A stretch of 63,216 nt of DNA, the filler included, from Octopus bimaculoides (taxonomy: Eukaryota): assembly GCF_001194135.2 (NCBI RefSeq). It is 6 parts of 5 records of this genome, joined end to end, with 100 filler letters (N's around TTAATTAATTAA, not from the genome) between each part and the next. Parts side by side here need not be neighbours in the genome. Positions count along the whole stretch, not along the records: positions 7,483 to 15,969 come from NC_068984.1; positions 16,070 to 26,149 come from NC_068988.1; positions 26,250 to 44,902 come from NC_069002.1; 3 more parts are not named here. The stretch is one strand, 5' to 3'. The first letter of the stretch is position 1; each line of letters opens with the position of its first letter. Made by a program: the position numbers and the translations under genes. Under the pieces are notes generated by a model that saw nothing but the letters and a program-made list of their open reading frames with translations, had not been told where the DNA came from and ran no database searches. Below, piece after piece: positions 13,170-26,282 of this stretch.

Positions 13170-13962
13170 CTTTCTAAGCAAGGGAAATAGTTTATTTATT
13201 GACCGTTCTGACCATATTTCACATAAAATAACATCCACTGCACTGATAGTGAATAAATTTTGATCAATTGTTATTACATTTCTCACTTGTTTCCATGTCT
13301 TATAGCATTTACAGTTGGTTTGCTTGCAAAACTTGATTTTCTCTTTTCACTCCAAAATGCCTTACTTCCGTTTATCTGTGCAGTTGTCTGACTTCTGTTG
13401 AACACAGAAAAACTTTAAAAATGAAGCAGACGACTGCTATGTTGACTTAGTTGTTGTTAATGATAGGGCGTAGAGATAAGGTAGCAGAGAAAGAAAGAGA
13501 ATAACATGGAAGAGATAATAACATGGAGAGTGGATACAGACAAAAAAAGGATAGAGAATGAGTTATGGAGACAGAAAGCCGGATAGAGAAAGAAGAGAGA
13601 CGAGGAAAACTCCCTTTGAGTGTGTATGTAAGAATTGTGTGTGTATGCGTGTAAATATGTGTTCGTGTATACATATATGTGTGTATACATGTATGTATGT
13701 GTGTTTACATGCGTTTGTGTATGTGCGAAAGAGAGAACACGTAAGTAGCTGGGAGAGTATGTGTGTATGAACAACTGTGTATGCGTAGAAAAGAGGGAGA
13801 GAGAGAGAAAGAGGGAGAAACTCTATGTGTGTGTGTGTGTAAAACCTTAGTGCAGACCATTTGGCGTTCATTTCATTCGTGTGAAAAAGGATTAGATCAT
13901 CGCGAAGTATCTAACTCTTTCATATCCTTCACTTCCCATAATACACACACGCACACGTACGT

Positions 13963-13995
<33 letters not shown>

Positions 13996-14635
13996 TGTGT
14001 CTATGTGCGTGTGCATATACATACGCATGTACAGAGAGAGAGGGAGAGAGATAGACAGAGAGTGAGGGAGGGAGAGATAGAAATAGACAGAAAGAGAGAG
14101 GGGGAGAGAGGCTTGATATTCCAAGTCACGATAAGATTAATATCAGTATCAGCTACACTGAAATATGTACAGGAGACAATATGATCTATTAAGCACTAGA
14201 AAGCAGTGCCCCAGCATGGCCGCAATCCAGTGACTAAAATCAATATATATCAATGCTTCTGTTGCGCATAAATTTTTATTCAACCTGCCGGCTAAATGCG
14301 ACATCAGCGATTTTTCAGTCAGTAAGGACGGATGTGCCTTAGTATGAGTTTGCCAGTGGACACTTGCCACTGACGAAGCACAAAAGGGCAGAAATGCACA
14401 CATTTAGCAATGCCACCACTACTGATGGACAATTTTCGTCAGCTACAGATAGATTTCTGTGTTTTTAACGCTAAACATCTTTAAGAGATGCATTCCCGAG
14501 ACGAATACCTCAGTTGATCAAGTCTTCAACAATGTATGTGCCTTAGTATGATACACAGATTGCATAATGGAACGCCACGTGCCCTTATTTTTTTTACAGT
14601 AAGCGTTTATATATATATTTATATATTTATATATT

Positions 14636-14850
14636 TAACTCAAGTCCCTGGCCCAGCCGGTTTTGGGTAGTATCGGAGATAAGTGAGCGAAACTGCGAAG
14701 ACGTTCCGGGCTCCGTCTGAAGAGGTAATGATACACGAATAATCTGTGTATCTTGTTTTTTCCTGTTTGCCGTTGTTGTGCTATCGTCCTTTTTTCTTCA
14801 TGTTGTATTCTTATGGTTTCCGTTTGTTGTGTTCTTTCTGTTCTACCTTT
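14636..14850 (+). mobile_element. Penelope-like terminal fragment of a second family, with hammerhead core strands in the same permuted order
   Basis: GTAGT-A-TCGGAG ... GC-GAAACTGC ... CTCCGT-CTGAAGA, followed by a T-rich tail ending in (AT)n. Confidence 0.4.
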
Positions 14851-14888
<38 letters not shown>

Positions 14889-15206
14889 NNNNNNNNNNNN
14901 NNNNNNNNNNNNNNNNNNNNNNNNNNNNNNNNNNNNNNNNNNNNNNNNNNNNNNNNNNNNNNNNNNNNNNNNNNNNNNNNNNNNNNNNNNNNNNNNNNNN
15001 NNNNNNNNNNNNNNNNNNNNNNNNNNNNNNNNNNNNNNNNNNNNNNNNNNNNNNNNNNNNNNNNNNNNNNNNNNNNNNNNNNNNNNNNNNNNNNNNNNNN
15101 NNNNNNNNNNNNNNNNNNNNNNNNNNNNNNNNNNNNNNNNNNNNNNNNNNNNNNNNNNNNNNNNNNNNNNNNNNNNNNNNNNNNNNNNNNNNNNNNNNNN
15201 NNNNNN

Positions 15207-15243
<37 letters not shown>

Positions 15244-15564
15244 ATGTATATATGTGTATACCTTTGTGTTTTGTGTTTGTCCCATCACTGCATGACAGAC
15301 GGAGCTGGTTCGTTTACATCCCCGTCACCCAGTGGTTCGGCAAGAGAAAGAGAACCTCAAGGATAAGTAACAGACTTAGAAAGCAAGTATTACTATGGCC
15401 GATTTGTTCAACTAAAACCCTTCAAGGCGGTGCCCCATCATGGCCGCAGTCCAATGACTGAAGCGAGATAAAGAGATAAAGCACACACATATACACACAT
15501 CTGCGTGTTCTTCGCGTGGCAAACCTTCTAACTACTGTTACTGCTTCTCCATTAACACTCTCAC

Positions 15565-15673
15565 CTGCACCACTTCCGACATCACAATCGCCAACGCCTC
15601 GATTATTATTCCATGTTTTAAAATCTCATTAATCACCATGACAATAACCATTATGCTTTTCGTGCGACAACTG
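15565..15673 (-). other. Candidate non-coding (5' UTR) exon of the minus-strand gene
   Basis: Long pyrimidine tract with acceptor TTCCTTTTTGCTCGTCACAG| and donor CAG|GTGAGA, 109 nt apart and about 2 kb upstream of the ATG exon. Confidence 0.25.
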
Positions 15674-15784
15674 CTGTGACGAGCAAAAAGGAATAAATAA
15701 ATAAAAGCAGAAATTACAGAATAATACTTAAGTGCATTTCTTCAAATCTCTAAATAGAGTCCATGAAATGTGATTATCTATCTT

Positions 15785-15815
<31 letters not shown>

Positions 15816-15848
15816 GTCTGTCTGTCTGTTTGTCTGTCTATTTCTCTT

Positions 15849-15920
<72 letters not shown>

Positions 15921-16464
15921 GACTACGAAGCGGTGACGGGAGCGAAAATCAACCGGGATAAGTCGGTGGNNNNNNNNNNNNNNNNNNNNNNNNNNNNNNN
16001 NNNNNNNNNNNNNTTAATTAATTAANNNNNNNNNNNNNNNNNNNNNNNNNNNNNNNNNNNNNNNNNNNNACTCTTAAAAATAAAACTAATGCTGAATCAA
16101 CCTGGCACAATATGTGACAAAGCTCAACCTTTCAGACTTCCAAGCATGACCCACTCGTCAAGTTACGGGGTTGTCCCCGTCAACCCGAGATCTTATAGGG
16201 AGAGATATATGCTTAAGATTCACAGTGTGAGATCGAACACGGGTTCTCACGATTGCGAACTGAAGGTTTTTATCTATATCAAGTACTGGGGAATGGTATT
16301 CTTGATAAAATTCAACCTTACGATGCGTTGTAATGTCCATGTTTTTTCCCATTGAAATTTACCGTGAATTCAGACGGTTGTTGTTGGTTAATCACAGTTT
16401 CGCCCTTAATCGGACAGATCTATGGTTAATAGGGTTCCAAACATGACCATCCTGCTTTTGACCC

Positions 16465-16536
16465 TACTTAGTAGTCTAGTGGTAAGTAGCCCCACCTATC
16501 ACACAGAAGATTCAGGATCGATTCCTCGCCAGAAAT
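16465..16536 (+). pseudogene. More degenerate tRNA-Asp pseudogene (duplicate of 16846-16917)
   Basis: Colinear with the second copy at exactly 381 nt spacing; anticodon mutated to ATC, B box GGATCGATTCC. Confidence 0.65.
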
Positions 16537-16845
16537 CGAAATTGTCTTTAAATAGTGGTACTCCATCCATGAAGGGCATCTGGAGATCTTAGTGTTGGCA
16601 GATGCATAGCTCGCCACTGTTCGGAAAGGATCGATGGGCCACGCTTTCGCGGTCCGTATTCGTATTGAAAATCGAGATCGAGCGAACTTTTACGCTTTTG
16701 CTCGACGTGTGGTTTCCGTTCACGTTGAGCTCGTCTTGGGACATCTTCGTTCAGACGGTTGTTGTTGGTTAGCCACAGTTCAGACCTCAATCGGACAGAT
16801 CTATGGTCAAAAGGATTCCAAATATGACCAACCTGTTTTTCACCC

Positions 16846-16917
16846 TCCTTAGAAGTATAGTGGTGAATATCCCCACCAGTCACGCAGGAGATCTAGGTTC
16901 GATTCCTCGCCAGAGAG
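16846..16917 (+). pseudogene. tRNA-Asp(GTC) pseudogene or tRNA-derived head
   Basis: About 57/72 identity by manual alignment to the remembered metazoan tRNA-Asp. A box TAGTATAGTGG-like, B box GGTTCGATTCC, anticodon GTC at 16879-16881; stems broken, many G>A and C>T changes. Confidence 0.75.
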
Positions 16918-17424
16918 CGAAATTGTCTTTAAATAGTGGTTCCCTATTAACTGTCAAATTATCATGAGGGACATCTGAGGATCTTAGACAGCATTTTTTG
17001 ACGAACGTAAAGAGAAATAGCGAGGATGACCACAGCCTGTGGGCTGGGACGCATAAAGGAATGAAAGAATCTTAACTGCATTATCCAATGTGATTCGTTT
17101 GTGGTTTGAGAGAGATTTGGATACTATTTCTACCAAAACAAAAGATCGCTCGTGACTCCAGCATGAGAGGTTCGTGGGAAAATAATGTCCTTAGTGCTGT
17201 CAAAACACTAAGATCTCCAGATGTCCTTCATGATAAGTTAACAGATAATGATTCGGATGTACGTCATATCCTTCTTCTGTGACCAGCACTATTATGTTCG
17301 TGTGGCCAAACACTTATCGTTTACATTGCTTAGTTCAAGTAGCCGTAAATAGGATCTACATACGAAAAACAGGTCGACGTTCTAAGAAAACAGACTGCGA
17401 ATACACCAGAGAAAATCCAACACA

Positions 17425-17610
17425 AATCCAATGAAAACCCACCGTAAACTCACTACAAGAAAGCATAGTAAAAATAAATCCACTGTAAGTCCACTGTAAA
17501 GCTACTGTGAAACAACTGTAAGTCTACTGTAAGTCCACTTTTGATCTACTGTAAAGCCATTGTAAATCCACTGCAAATCTACTGTAAAAACGATGTGAGT
17601 CTACTGGAAA
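17425..17610 (+). repeat. Degenerate 11-bp minisatellite (AARTCYACTGT)n
   Basis: AAATCCACTGT, AAGTCCACTGT, AAAGCTACTGT, AAGTCTACTGT and similar units in tandem. Confidence 0.75.
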
Positions 17611-18068
17611 TCTACTTGGCTCATCTGGATAGTTCACTTCATACTTATGTCTTTTGTATCAACAAAAAGGAAACCAAAAAAAAACAACAAAAAAAAATCA
17701 ATGTCAACACAATGTCCAACGCTAGGGAGTGTAATATTAAAAAGAAATTGCTTCACCACACATTGCCATGAAAACCGAAAAGGAACCGATAGCATAGTTT
17801 TGGGTTTTATGGCGGCCTGTGAGCGAGAAAATAATACTCACTGGGAATTATGAATAAGGTGTTTGTTTCAAAATTATGAATTAGATAGAAGTTGAATGAA
17901 ACTGCGATGTGAAACCTTCGGTATAGAAATGTCTCGGACTTTAGAAATAGTACAACATAAGTATTGTGAATAGAATTTAACAACCGAGAACTGCGTGGAT
18001 GCCTGCCGCGTGCACACACTCACAAACACACACACACAAACACACACACATACATACATACTTACATG

Positions 18069-18102
<34 letters not shown>

Positions 18103-20404
18103 TATGTGTATGTATGAATTATGTAATCTAATATTAGATTAACAAAAATATCAGAGTGAGCCGAGTGTTTCCATTATTGGTGTTTACCAAAAATCGATAA
18201 GTGAACCAAACCCTTGGCACTTCTGCTGATTAAACAAATATATATGTGTGTATATATATATATATATATACACACACACAATCACACACTTTTTTCAGCC
18301 CTATTTTTCACCTTATACAGACAAACACACACACACACACATACATATACACATAAACACACATACAGACGCACACACGCACACATATACACATGCATGC
18401 ATACACACATACATACACACACAGACATGCATAGTCAACTGATGAGATTCCAGAGATGCTTAATATAGCAAATTCTTAATAGCGCTCAAATGATTTGAAC
18501 ATACACCCCGGAATCTTTCCCGCGACCAAAGTCCGCGGGGTAAAGGGTGGATATAAGAGAGATCCAGATGAACAGATATGGACATATCTATCTCTCCTCC
18601 CTGAAGACGGAAGCCGGATCTACCTAATCCTTTCTACTAAAAGCACAAGGCCTGAAATTTTGGGTAAGAGGACTAGTCGATTACATCGACTCCAGTGTTT
18701 CACTGGAATGTAATTTATCGACCCCCAAAAGGATGAAAAGTAAAGTCGACCTGGTGGAATTAGAACTCAGACCGTTAGAAACCGGATTTACCTAATGTTT
18801 ATATAATTCCACTATTCATTACATACCCTTGACGTTTTGCAAACTACTTCTACCAGTATTATGAAATAATCCCGAGCCTCTAGAAACAGCTGCTGAACAT
18901 TCTCCCTTAATTTTTTGAGTCTTTGTATTCTGTATAAGTTTGCTCGGTTAATAAATAAATGCCAATATATTTATACGTGGATATTCATCGTCTGAATATT
19001 TTCAGGCTATCTTTTCTCTCTATTTTCATNNNNNNNNNNNNNNNNNNNNNNNNNNNNNNNNNNNNNNNNNNNNNNNNNNNNNNNNNNNNNNNNNNNNNNN
19101 NNNNNNNNNNNNNNNNNNNNNNNNNNNNNNNNNNNNNNNNNNNNNNNNNNNNNNNNNNNNNNNNNNNNNNNNNNNNNNNNNNNNNNNNNNNNNNNNNNNN
19201 NNNNNNNNNNNNNNNNNNNNNNNNNNNNNNNNNNNNNNNNNNNNNNNNNNNNNNNNNNNNNNNNNNNNNNNNNNNNNNNNNNNNNNNNNNNNNNNNNNNN
19301 NNNNNNNNNNNNNNNNNNNNNNNNNNNNNNNNNNNNNNNNNNNNNNNNNNNNNNNNNNNNNNNNNNNNNNNNNNNNNNNNNNNNNNNNNNNNNNNNNNNN
19401 NNNNNNNNNNNNNNNNNNNNNNNNNNNNNNNNNNNNNNNNNNNNNNNNNNNNNNNNNNNNNNNNNNNNNNNNNNNNNNNNNNNNNNNNNNNNNNNNNNNN
19501 NNNNNNNNNNNNNNNNNNNNNNNNNNNNNNNNNNNNNNNNNNNNNNNNNNNNNNNNNNNNNNNNNNNNNNNNNNNNNNNNNNNNNNNNNNNNNNNNNNNN
19601 NNNNNNNNNNNNNNNNNNNNNNNNNNNNNNNNNNNNNNNNNNNNNNNNNNNNNNNNNNNNNNNNNNNAATTAAGTACTAGTTGCATACTAGGGTCGATCT
19701 AATTTACTGCATCCCCCACCGTCTCAAAATTTCGGACCTTGTACCTAGAGTAGAAAAGAATTTGTTTGTTTCTATGTATGCCGAGGCTTTTCCTTTTTTG
19801 TTTTTTTTTTGTCTACAAGGAAGAAGATAAATAAAACCAAAGAATTAGTGCTAGCTTCAAATTTTGTTACAAGGTAAGCCACTACAGGAGAGAGATTAAG
19901 CCGATCACATCGACCCCAGTACGTAACTGGTACTTATTTAATCGATCCCGAAAGGATGAGAGGCATAGTCAACCTCAGTGGAATTTGAACTCAGAACGTA
20001 AACACAGACGAATGAAATGCCGCTAACCATTTTGACCGGTGTACTCCAGCATGGCCGCAGTCAAATGACTGAAACAAATAAAAGAGCAAAAGAATAAAAG
20101 AATCGTTATTCTTTTATTCGAGCAGCGTATATTGAGGGAAAGTAATTTTCAATGCATTTACTGTCTATCGTATTTAGAACAACTCTGCATTTGGGCCCCG
20201 TGTGATTTTCGGAATATATTAAAAACAACAACAACAACAACAAATGCGTCTTAATGTCATCAAATATGGTTAGTAAATGGAAGAATGGAAACCCTTAATG
20301 ATAATTTTACTCGATCTTGATTGAATTGGGGTTAAATAAATATAAAAAAACAATAACTAGAAGATACTTAACCTCCTGACCAAAGGATATTTGAAATAAA
20401 AAAT

Positions 20405-20655
20405 AAATGCGCCGTTTTAAAGCCTAGCCAGGCTCATGGGCCCGGTTTCCCGGTTTCAATGGCGTATACGTTCCCAAGATGAACAGGACGCCAGTCCATT
20501 GCAGCGTTACTCATTTTTGGCAGAAGAGAGGACTGGAGCAACGAGAAATGAAGTGTTTTGCTCAAGAACACAACGCGTCGCCCGATGCAGGAATCGAAAC
20601 CACAGTCTTACGATCATGGTGCTGACATCCTAACTACTAAGCCACACGCCTCCAC
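20405..20655 (-). mobile_element. tRNA-derived SINE family D (V-SINE-like body)
   Basis: Minus strand reads GTGGAGGCGTGTGGCTTAGTAG...GTTTCGATTCC...GTGTTCTTGAGCAAAACAC...GATGGACTGGCGTCC-like. Confidence 0.7.
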
Positions 20656-20785
20656 AAAGGATATTTTACTGCATACAAATTATGAATGGAAGTCGATTCA
20701 AGAGCGATAGAAACCCTTGCACGTTTTCGACCTTTTAACATTTTTTCGGTCTTTTAACATTTTTTTTACCCTTTACTTATTTCAG

Positions 20786-21074
20786 TCATTAGAATCTTTT
20801 CTACTCTAGACACAAGGCCCGAAATTTATAGGGAGGGAGCCAGTCGATTAGATCGACCCCAGTGCATAACTGGTACTTAATTTATCGACCCCGAAAGGAT
20901 GCAAGGCAAAATCGACCTCAGCGGAATTTGAACTCAGAACTTAAAGACAGACGAAATACCGCTAAGCATTTCACCCGGTGTGCTAAGGTTTCTTATTTAA
21001 TTGACCCCGAAAGGATGAAAGGCATAGTCGACCTCAGCGGAATTTGAACTCAGAACGTAACGGCAGACGAAATA

Positions 21075-21078
<4 letters not shown>
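20786..21078 (-). mobile_element. Two stacked family-B SINEs
   Basis: GACCCCGAAAGGATG...GGAATTTGAACTCAGAAC occurs twice in tandem. Confidence 0.8.
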
Positions 21079-21136
<58 letters not shown>

Positions 21137-22624
21137 ATCGGTCTTCGGTTCTCTGCACATAGGAAATGGAAAACGGGTTTGCCTCTGCTGGAGCACTTTT
21201 TGATCACAGTTCTGCCATTATCAAGGTCGACCTCCAGCTGAAAACAAAATCACTCACCAATAATGAGTGATGGAACATGAACGGGTGGAAGGCAAAATGG
21301 AAGCGGTGATTCTTGAACGCAAGAACGTTAAGGGATGTAACTAACGAAATTTTCTAAATCTTTTAAAAAAACACGCGAGATATCTTATCCCGAGCTCTAC
21401 CGAATCACTTAACCGGATATAATGCTACAACAAAACAAGAATAACAGGACATGTCTACTAAGAGATATGACCATCCCCTCAGACAACAATGTTGTTATCT
21501 GAAAACACTGTCAAAAACAGGCTGCAAGCTGCTTAGATCTATTGGTATTAGCAGTGAAAGTCTTCTTTGAATTACGTCTTACGTGCTTAAATAAAGGTCA
21601 CTCATTATCAAGTAGTTCTATATTCTTCCTATTAATATGGGTTGAGGGTGACTGGAATAGATTTCCTCAATACCGGCTTGACTTGAGGCTAAACAGAAAC
21701 AACGAAAACATCAACAATAGCTTTGACAATTAGACAAAAGAACAAAAATGAAAATGAAAATAATCTTTTTATATTCATTTGATATGCTATGTAAAGCAAC
21801 ATACATCTTTTTCAAATGATACACTGATTCAAATTTCATGAGGTAAGATGACACGTACGTTCACAATACATTTAGTCCTTGAAACCTAAAACAAAAATGA
21901 TAATAATGTGATGATAACAGTTTGATTACCTTTGATCATAGTTTGTTCTGAATCAAGGATGACCTAGTGATACACAACAAAATCAACAACAATGGAGGCA
22001 GTTTCAAACTTTAAAATGACCAACAAATGGTCTATACTAATTTTATACACATCCTTTCTAAATTATTTCCTAAACTATGGTAACATGGTTACTTAGACAC
22101 TCGATTATTAAGAAAGGTTTTGGCTTGTGTTGATCCAGGCTGCGACAAAATTAACAACACCACCTAAAGAAATTTAACCATGTTTGAATATAGTCATACT
22201 TTGGTCACCAAAGGCCATTCTAGTAAAGATTTATTGCTTGCAGAGTATAAGTGGCTTATTTGGAATGTGTTCAAAACCCGTTTGAATGTTATGGGATCTT
22301 TTCTCCTATTTTTTATGGGGTAATGTTAAGGAGAGTAGGGTCATTTGAGGTGAAATAGTTGTCTTGGAGTTGTGATGTGACACGAGTTCGATTTTTGCAG
22401 ATGACAGATGGCGGAATTTGAACTGAAAACATAAAAAACGGACGAAATACCGCCAAGCATTTGCCCGGTGTGCTAATGATTCTGCCAGCTCAACATTTTA
22501 TATCAGTGAGGAAAAGGCTGCCCTTCATATGACGGATAACTTTGAAAGTATATTTTCGCAACAATGGACAATATAACCAAATATGTCACAAATTCAAATA
22601 AAACCGTTTCTTTTCTTTTTTTTT

Positions 22625-23000
<376 letters not shown>

Positions 23001-23012
23001 CATTATCATTAC

Positions 23013-23215
23013 GGTGGTGAGCTGGCAGAATCGTTGGCACATGGGAAAAAATGCTTAACGGCATTTCGTCTGTGTTTACGTTCTGAGTTCAAATTCCGCC
23101 GAGGTTGACTTTGCCTTTCATCTTTTGGGGGTCGATTAAATAAGTAACAGTTACGTACTGGGCTCCATGTAACCGACCTACCCCTCCCCGCAAATTTGTG
23201 CCTATAAGAAAAAGT
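23013..23215 (+). mobile_element. Full-length tRNA-derived SINE, family B (MetaSINE-like body)
   Basis: A box TGGCAGAATCG, B box GAGTTCAAATTCC (23085-23097), body GAGGTTGACTTTGCCTTTCATC...GTCGAT. Other copies at about 4150-4470, 18630-18780, 19690-20040, 22400-22492, 35660-35800 and 38555-38735. Confidence 0.85.
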
Positions 23216-24057
23216 ATTATTATTATTATATTATTATTATTATTATTATTATTATTAAACAAGAAGAAAGTACGTATTGGATACTGTAGTCTAAGATTAA
23301 CTATGTCTGGAAAGAGATGGAGGTTGAGCTTTCGTTATGTTTGATTCGAGACAACAGCAAAACAACAACGGCAGAAGTAAACAAACTCTACATGCTCCAC
23401 ATACACACACACAAACAAGCTGACAAGCAGTTGAGTAAACAAACAAACATTCAAACCATTTGATCTCCTTACATCATATCTAGATATTTCTCATCAAACC
23501 AGAAAAACATCCCCACCTTCTCTCTCTCTCTTTCTCTCTCTCTCTTTCTCTCTCTCTCTTTCTCTCTCTCTCTTTCTCTGTTTCTAATGGCCACCATATT
23601 GTCTCCATCTAAGTATGAATTGTCGTCATAGGTCACTCTTGTTTAGACCGTATCAAGGTGTCATTAATAGCATTCAGCACATTACTTCCTCCACATAGGC
23701 AGATGTTTTTGCGCAAAAATGATTGAAGCTTTCGGCCAGGCCCATTAGTGTCTTTTTACTGATGGCTGGCTCTAAGTAGTCACGAACTCAAAATAGGATA
23801 TGCATTTCTAGAATGTCCGGACTCATCTCTTCCTGTTGATATGTTACTGCATATCTGATCTGTTGTTGTGGTTATTCTTTAACTTCCGTTTATATATCCT
23901 TTGCAATACAGCCTTTAATGTTGTACTGTTTCCCTGTGATTGATCTAAAGCCCACATGTTCTGTGAGTCGTATCTCATCCTTGGATATTGTCCTTCATGT
24001 TTTGGACCTTGTGGCCAATAAAAGATCCTCATCATTATCATCATTGTTATCATTATA

Positions 24058-24288
24058 TTAATAATTATTATTATTCAGTAGTTTTATTTTTATAACGTGC
24101 TTTCACTTCACTACCGAGCGCAGCTCTGTGTGCCTTGGATATGTGCTGCGGTTTGCTGTGATGCTCTTATGGTTACTGTATTGAAAGTGTTTTGCGTAGG
24201 ATGTGAGCAGTGCGCAGTAGTGCAATTTTCTGTATGTTGTATATAGTTGTAAGTCCTGGTGTTCTTTTATGTAGTTTGTTATGTATAT
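24058..24288 (-). mobile_element. 3' end of an RLE-type (R4-like) LINE with UTR and (TAA)n tail
   Basis: IQKIALLRTAHILRKTLSIQ* (stop at 24173), about 100 nt of UTR, then AATAATAAT. Confidence 0.75.
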
Positions 24289-25194
24289 NNNNNNNNNNNN
24301 NNNNNNNNNNNNNNNNNNNNNNNNNNNNNNNNNNNNNNNNNNNNNNNNNNNNNNNNNNNNNNNNNNNNNNNNNNNNNNNNNNNNNNNNNNNNNNNNNNNN
24401 NNNNNNNNNNNNNNNNNNNNNNNNNNNNNNNNNNNNNNNNNNNNNNNNNNNNNNNNNNNNNNNNNNNNNNNNNNNNNNNNNNNNNNNNNNNNNNNNNNNN
24501 NNNNNNNNNNNNNNNNNNNNNNNNNNNNNNNNNNNNNNNNNNNNNNNNNNNNNNNNNNNNNNNNNNNNNNNNNNNNNNNNNNNACGTAATGTAAAAGGTA
24601 TGTAATATGAGTACTCAGTTTGATTTATCACTACAATTTCGGCTTCAATTGCAGCTGAAATATGTGGTGTTGAGACTCGCTGACGAAGGTGGCTAGAAGT
24701 GGTTTCTCCTTGAGCGTATAGATACAGATTAAAATAGAAAATGAAAAGGCAAAACATTTGACATAAATCGAAAGAATTTTTTTTTATTTATATAGAGAAT
24801 ATAAACCGATAGAGTCTCTTACACCGCTTTTTAGAATAGGCAAGCATGTGTGTGAGAATATTGAGTAAGGACTCCATAAGCTAGGAATCTTTTGTAGTAG
24901 TAGCGGCAGCGGCGGTGGTGGTAGTGATGATGTTAGTGGTGGTAAAATTAGTCGTATGATCAGATAAATAATAAAGTTACAGGTGAGGTCCATTAACCAT
25001 TTAAAATGTGACTGATGATAATCCATGGCAATGAATAGAAATGTCTAGTTCCATTTCTTTTTCTATTCTAGCTTATTTCTATAATCCTTACTCAATATCC
25101 TGATTCATATGCTTAGCTATTCTAGAAACAGCTGAAAGAGAACTTATCCGTTTATATTTCCTGTCTAAATTAGATGTTCTTTTCAACGATTGAT

Positions 25195-25425
25195 AGCAAG
25201 AAATTCTGTTTTCTGCTGAGGAAAACGGTACCAAAATGTTTGTCATACTTCAAACAGCTTACAATGCCGCTGCCTTGAACAAAACACAAGTTTACGATTG
25301 GCTTTCATCCCTTAGAAATGGTCATATGTCGCTTGTGGACCAATCTCGTTCGGGACGACGGTCGACATCTCGAACGAATGAAAGCATCATGAAAATTCAT
25401 GAACTGAGCATGGAGAACTCAACGA
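25195..25425 (+). mobile_element. Mariner transposase N-terminal HTH fragment
   Basis: KFCFLL...MFVILQTAY...ALNKTQVYDW...G..SLVDQSRSGRRSTSRT matches the mariner CENP-B-like HTH and RSGRP motif. Confidence 0.8.
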
Positions 25426-25528
25426 AAATTTTAGAAAATAAAAAAGGAATAAGTGGAAATTTTACCGGTGAATGTGTTAAATTACAAGGCATTAAAAGAG
25501 AATGACTCTCCCCAAACACAACAGTATA

Positions 25529-25627
<99 letters not shown>

Positions 25628-26249
25628 ATATATGTTCCATATATATATACGTATATATATTCGCATATATGCATGTGCACACACACACACACACACATAC
25701 ATGCACATGGTGGAAGATGGTGTGTGGCCTAGTAAGAACATTTCATAACCCCCTAACCGAAGTTGACTACACATCTAGGTTAGCGATTACATGCTCCCAA
25801 AGTATCGGGCCTGTGTGCTTCCCGGCGCACCCATCGCCGCGGGGCATTTTGTACGTCCGTGTACAATTCGGAAAGTCCAAAGGAGTTTCCTGTGCGTGAC
25901 TTTTTTTAAGTGGATAAAACTTTTCCGACCTCTAAACCTACTTTTCATCGCAAAGAGATATAGGAACAAAGACTGTGCAATAATATATCCTAATAATATA
26001 TATTCTCCGATTTGAAGCGACAAGTTTTAAATACAAACTAATGGCCGAAAAATAATGAGCCAACAAGAACAGCTTCCCTGTCTGTCATGGCCCGAATTTA
26101 ATTAGTCTCTGAGCGTATTAAGATATGTTGCTGCTGAAGGGCCGTTGGCNNNNNNNNNNNNNNNNNNNNNNNNNNNNNNNNNNNNNNNNNNNNTTAATTA
26201 ATTAANNNNNNNNNNNNNNNNNNNNNNNNNNNNNNNNNNNNNNNNNNNN

Positions 26250-26282
<33 letters not shown>

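Noticed and set aside
21120-21239. Minus-strand acceptor followed by the open peptide LEVDLDNGRTVIKKC
   Set aside because: No credible donor before the microsatellite and no recognisable homology.
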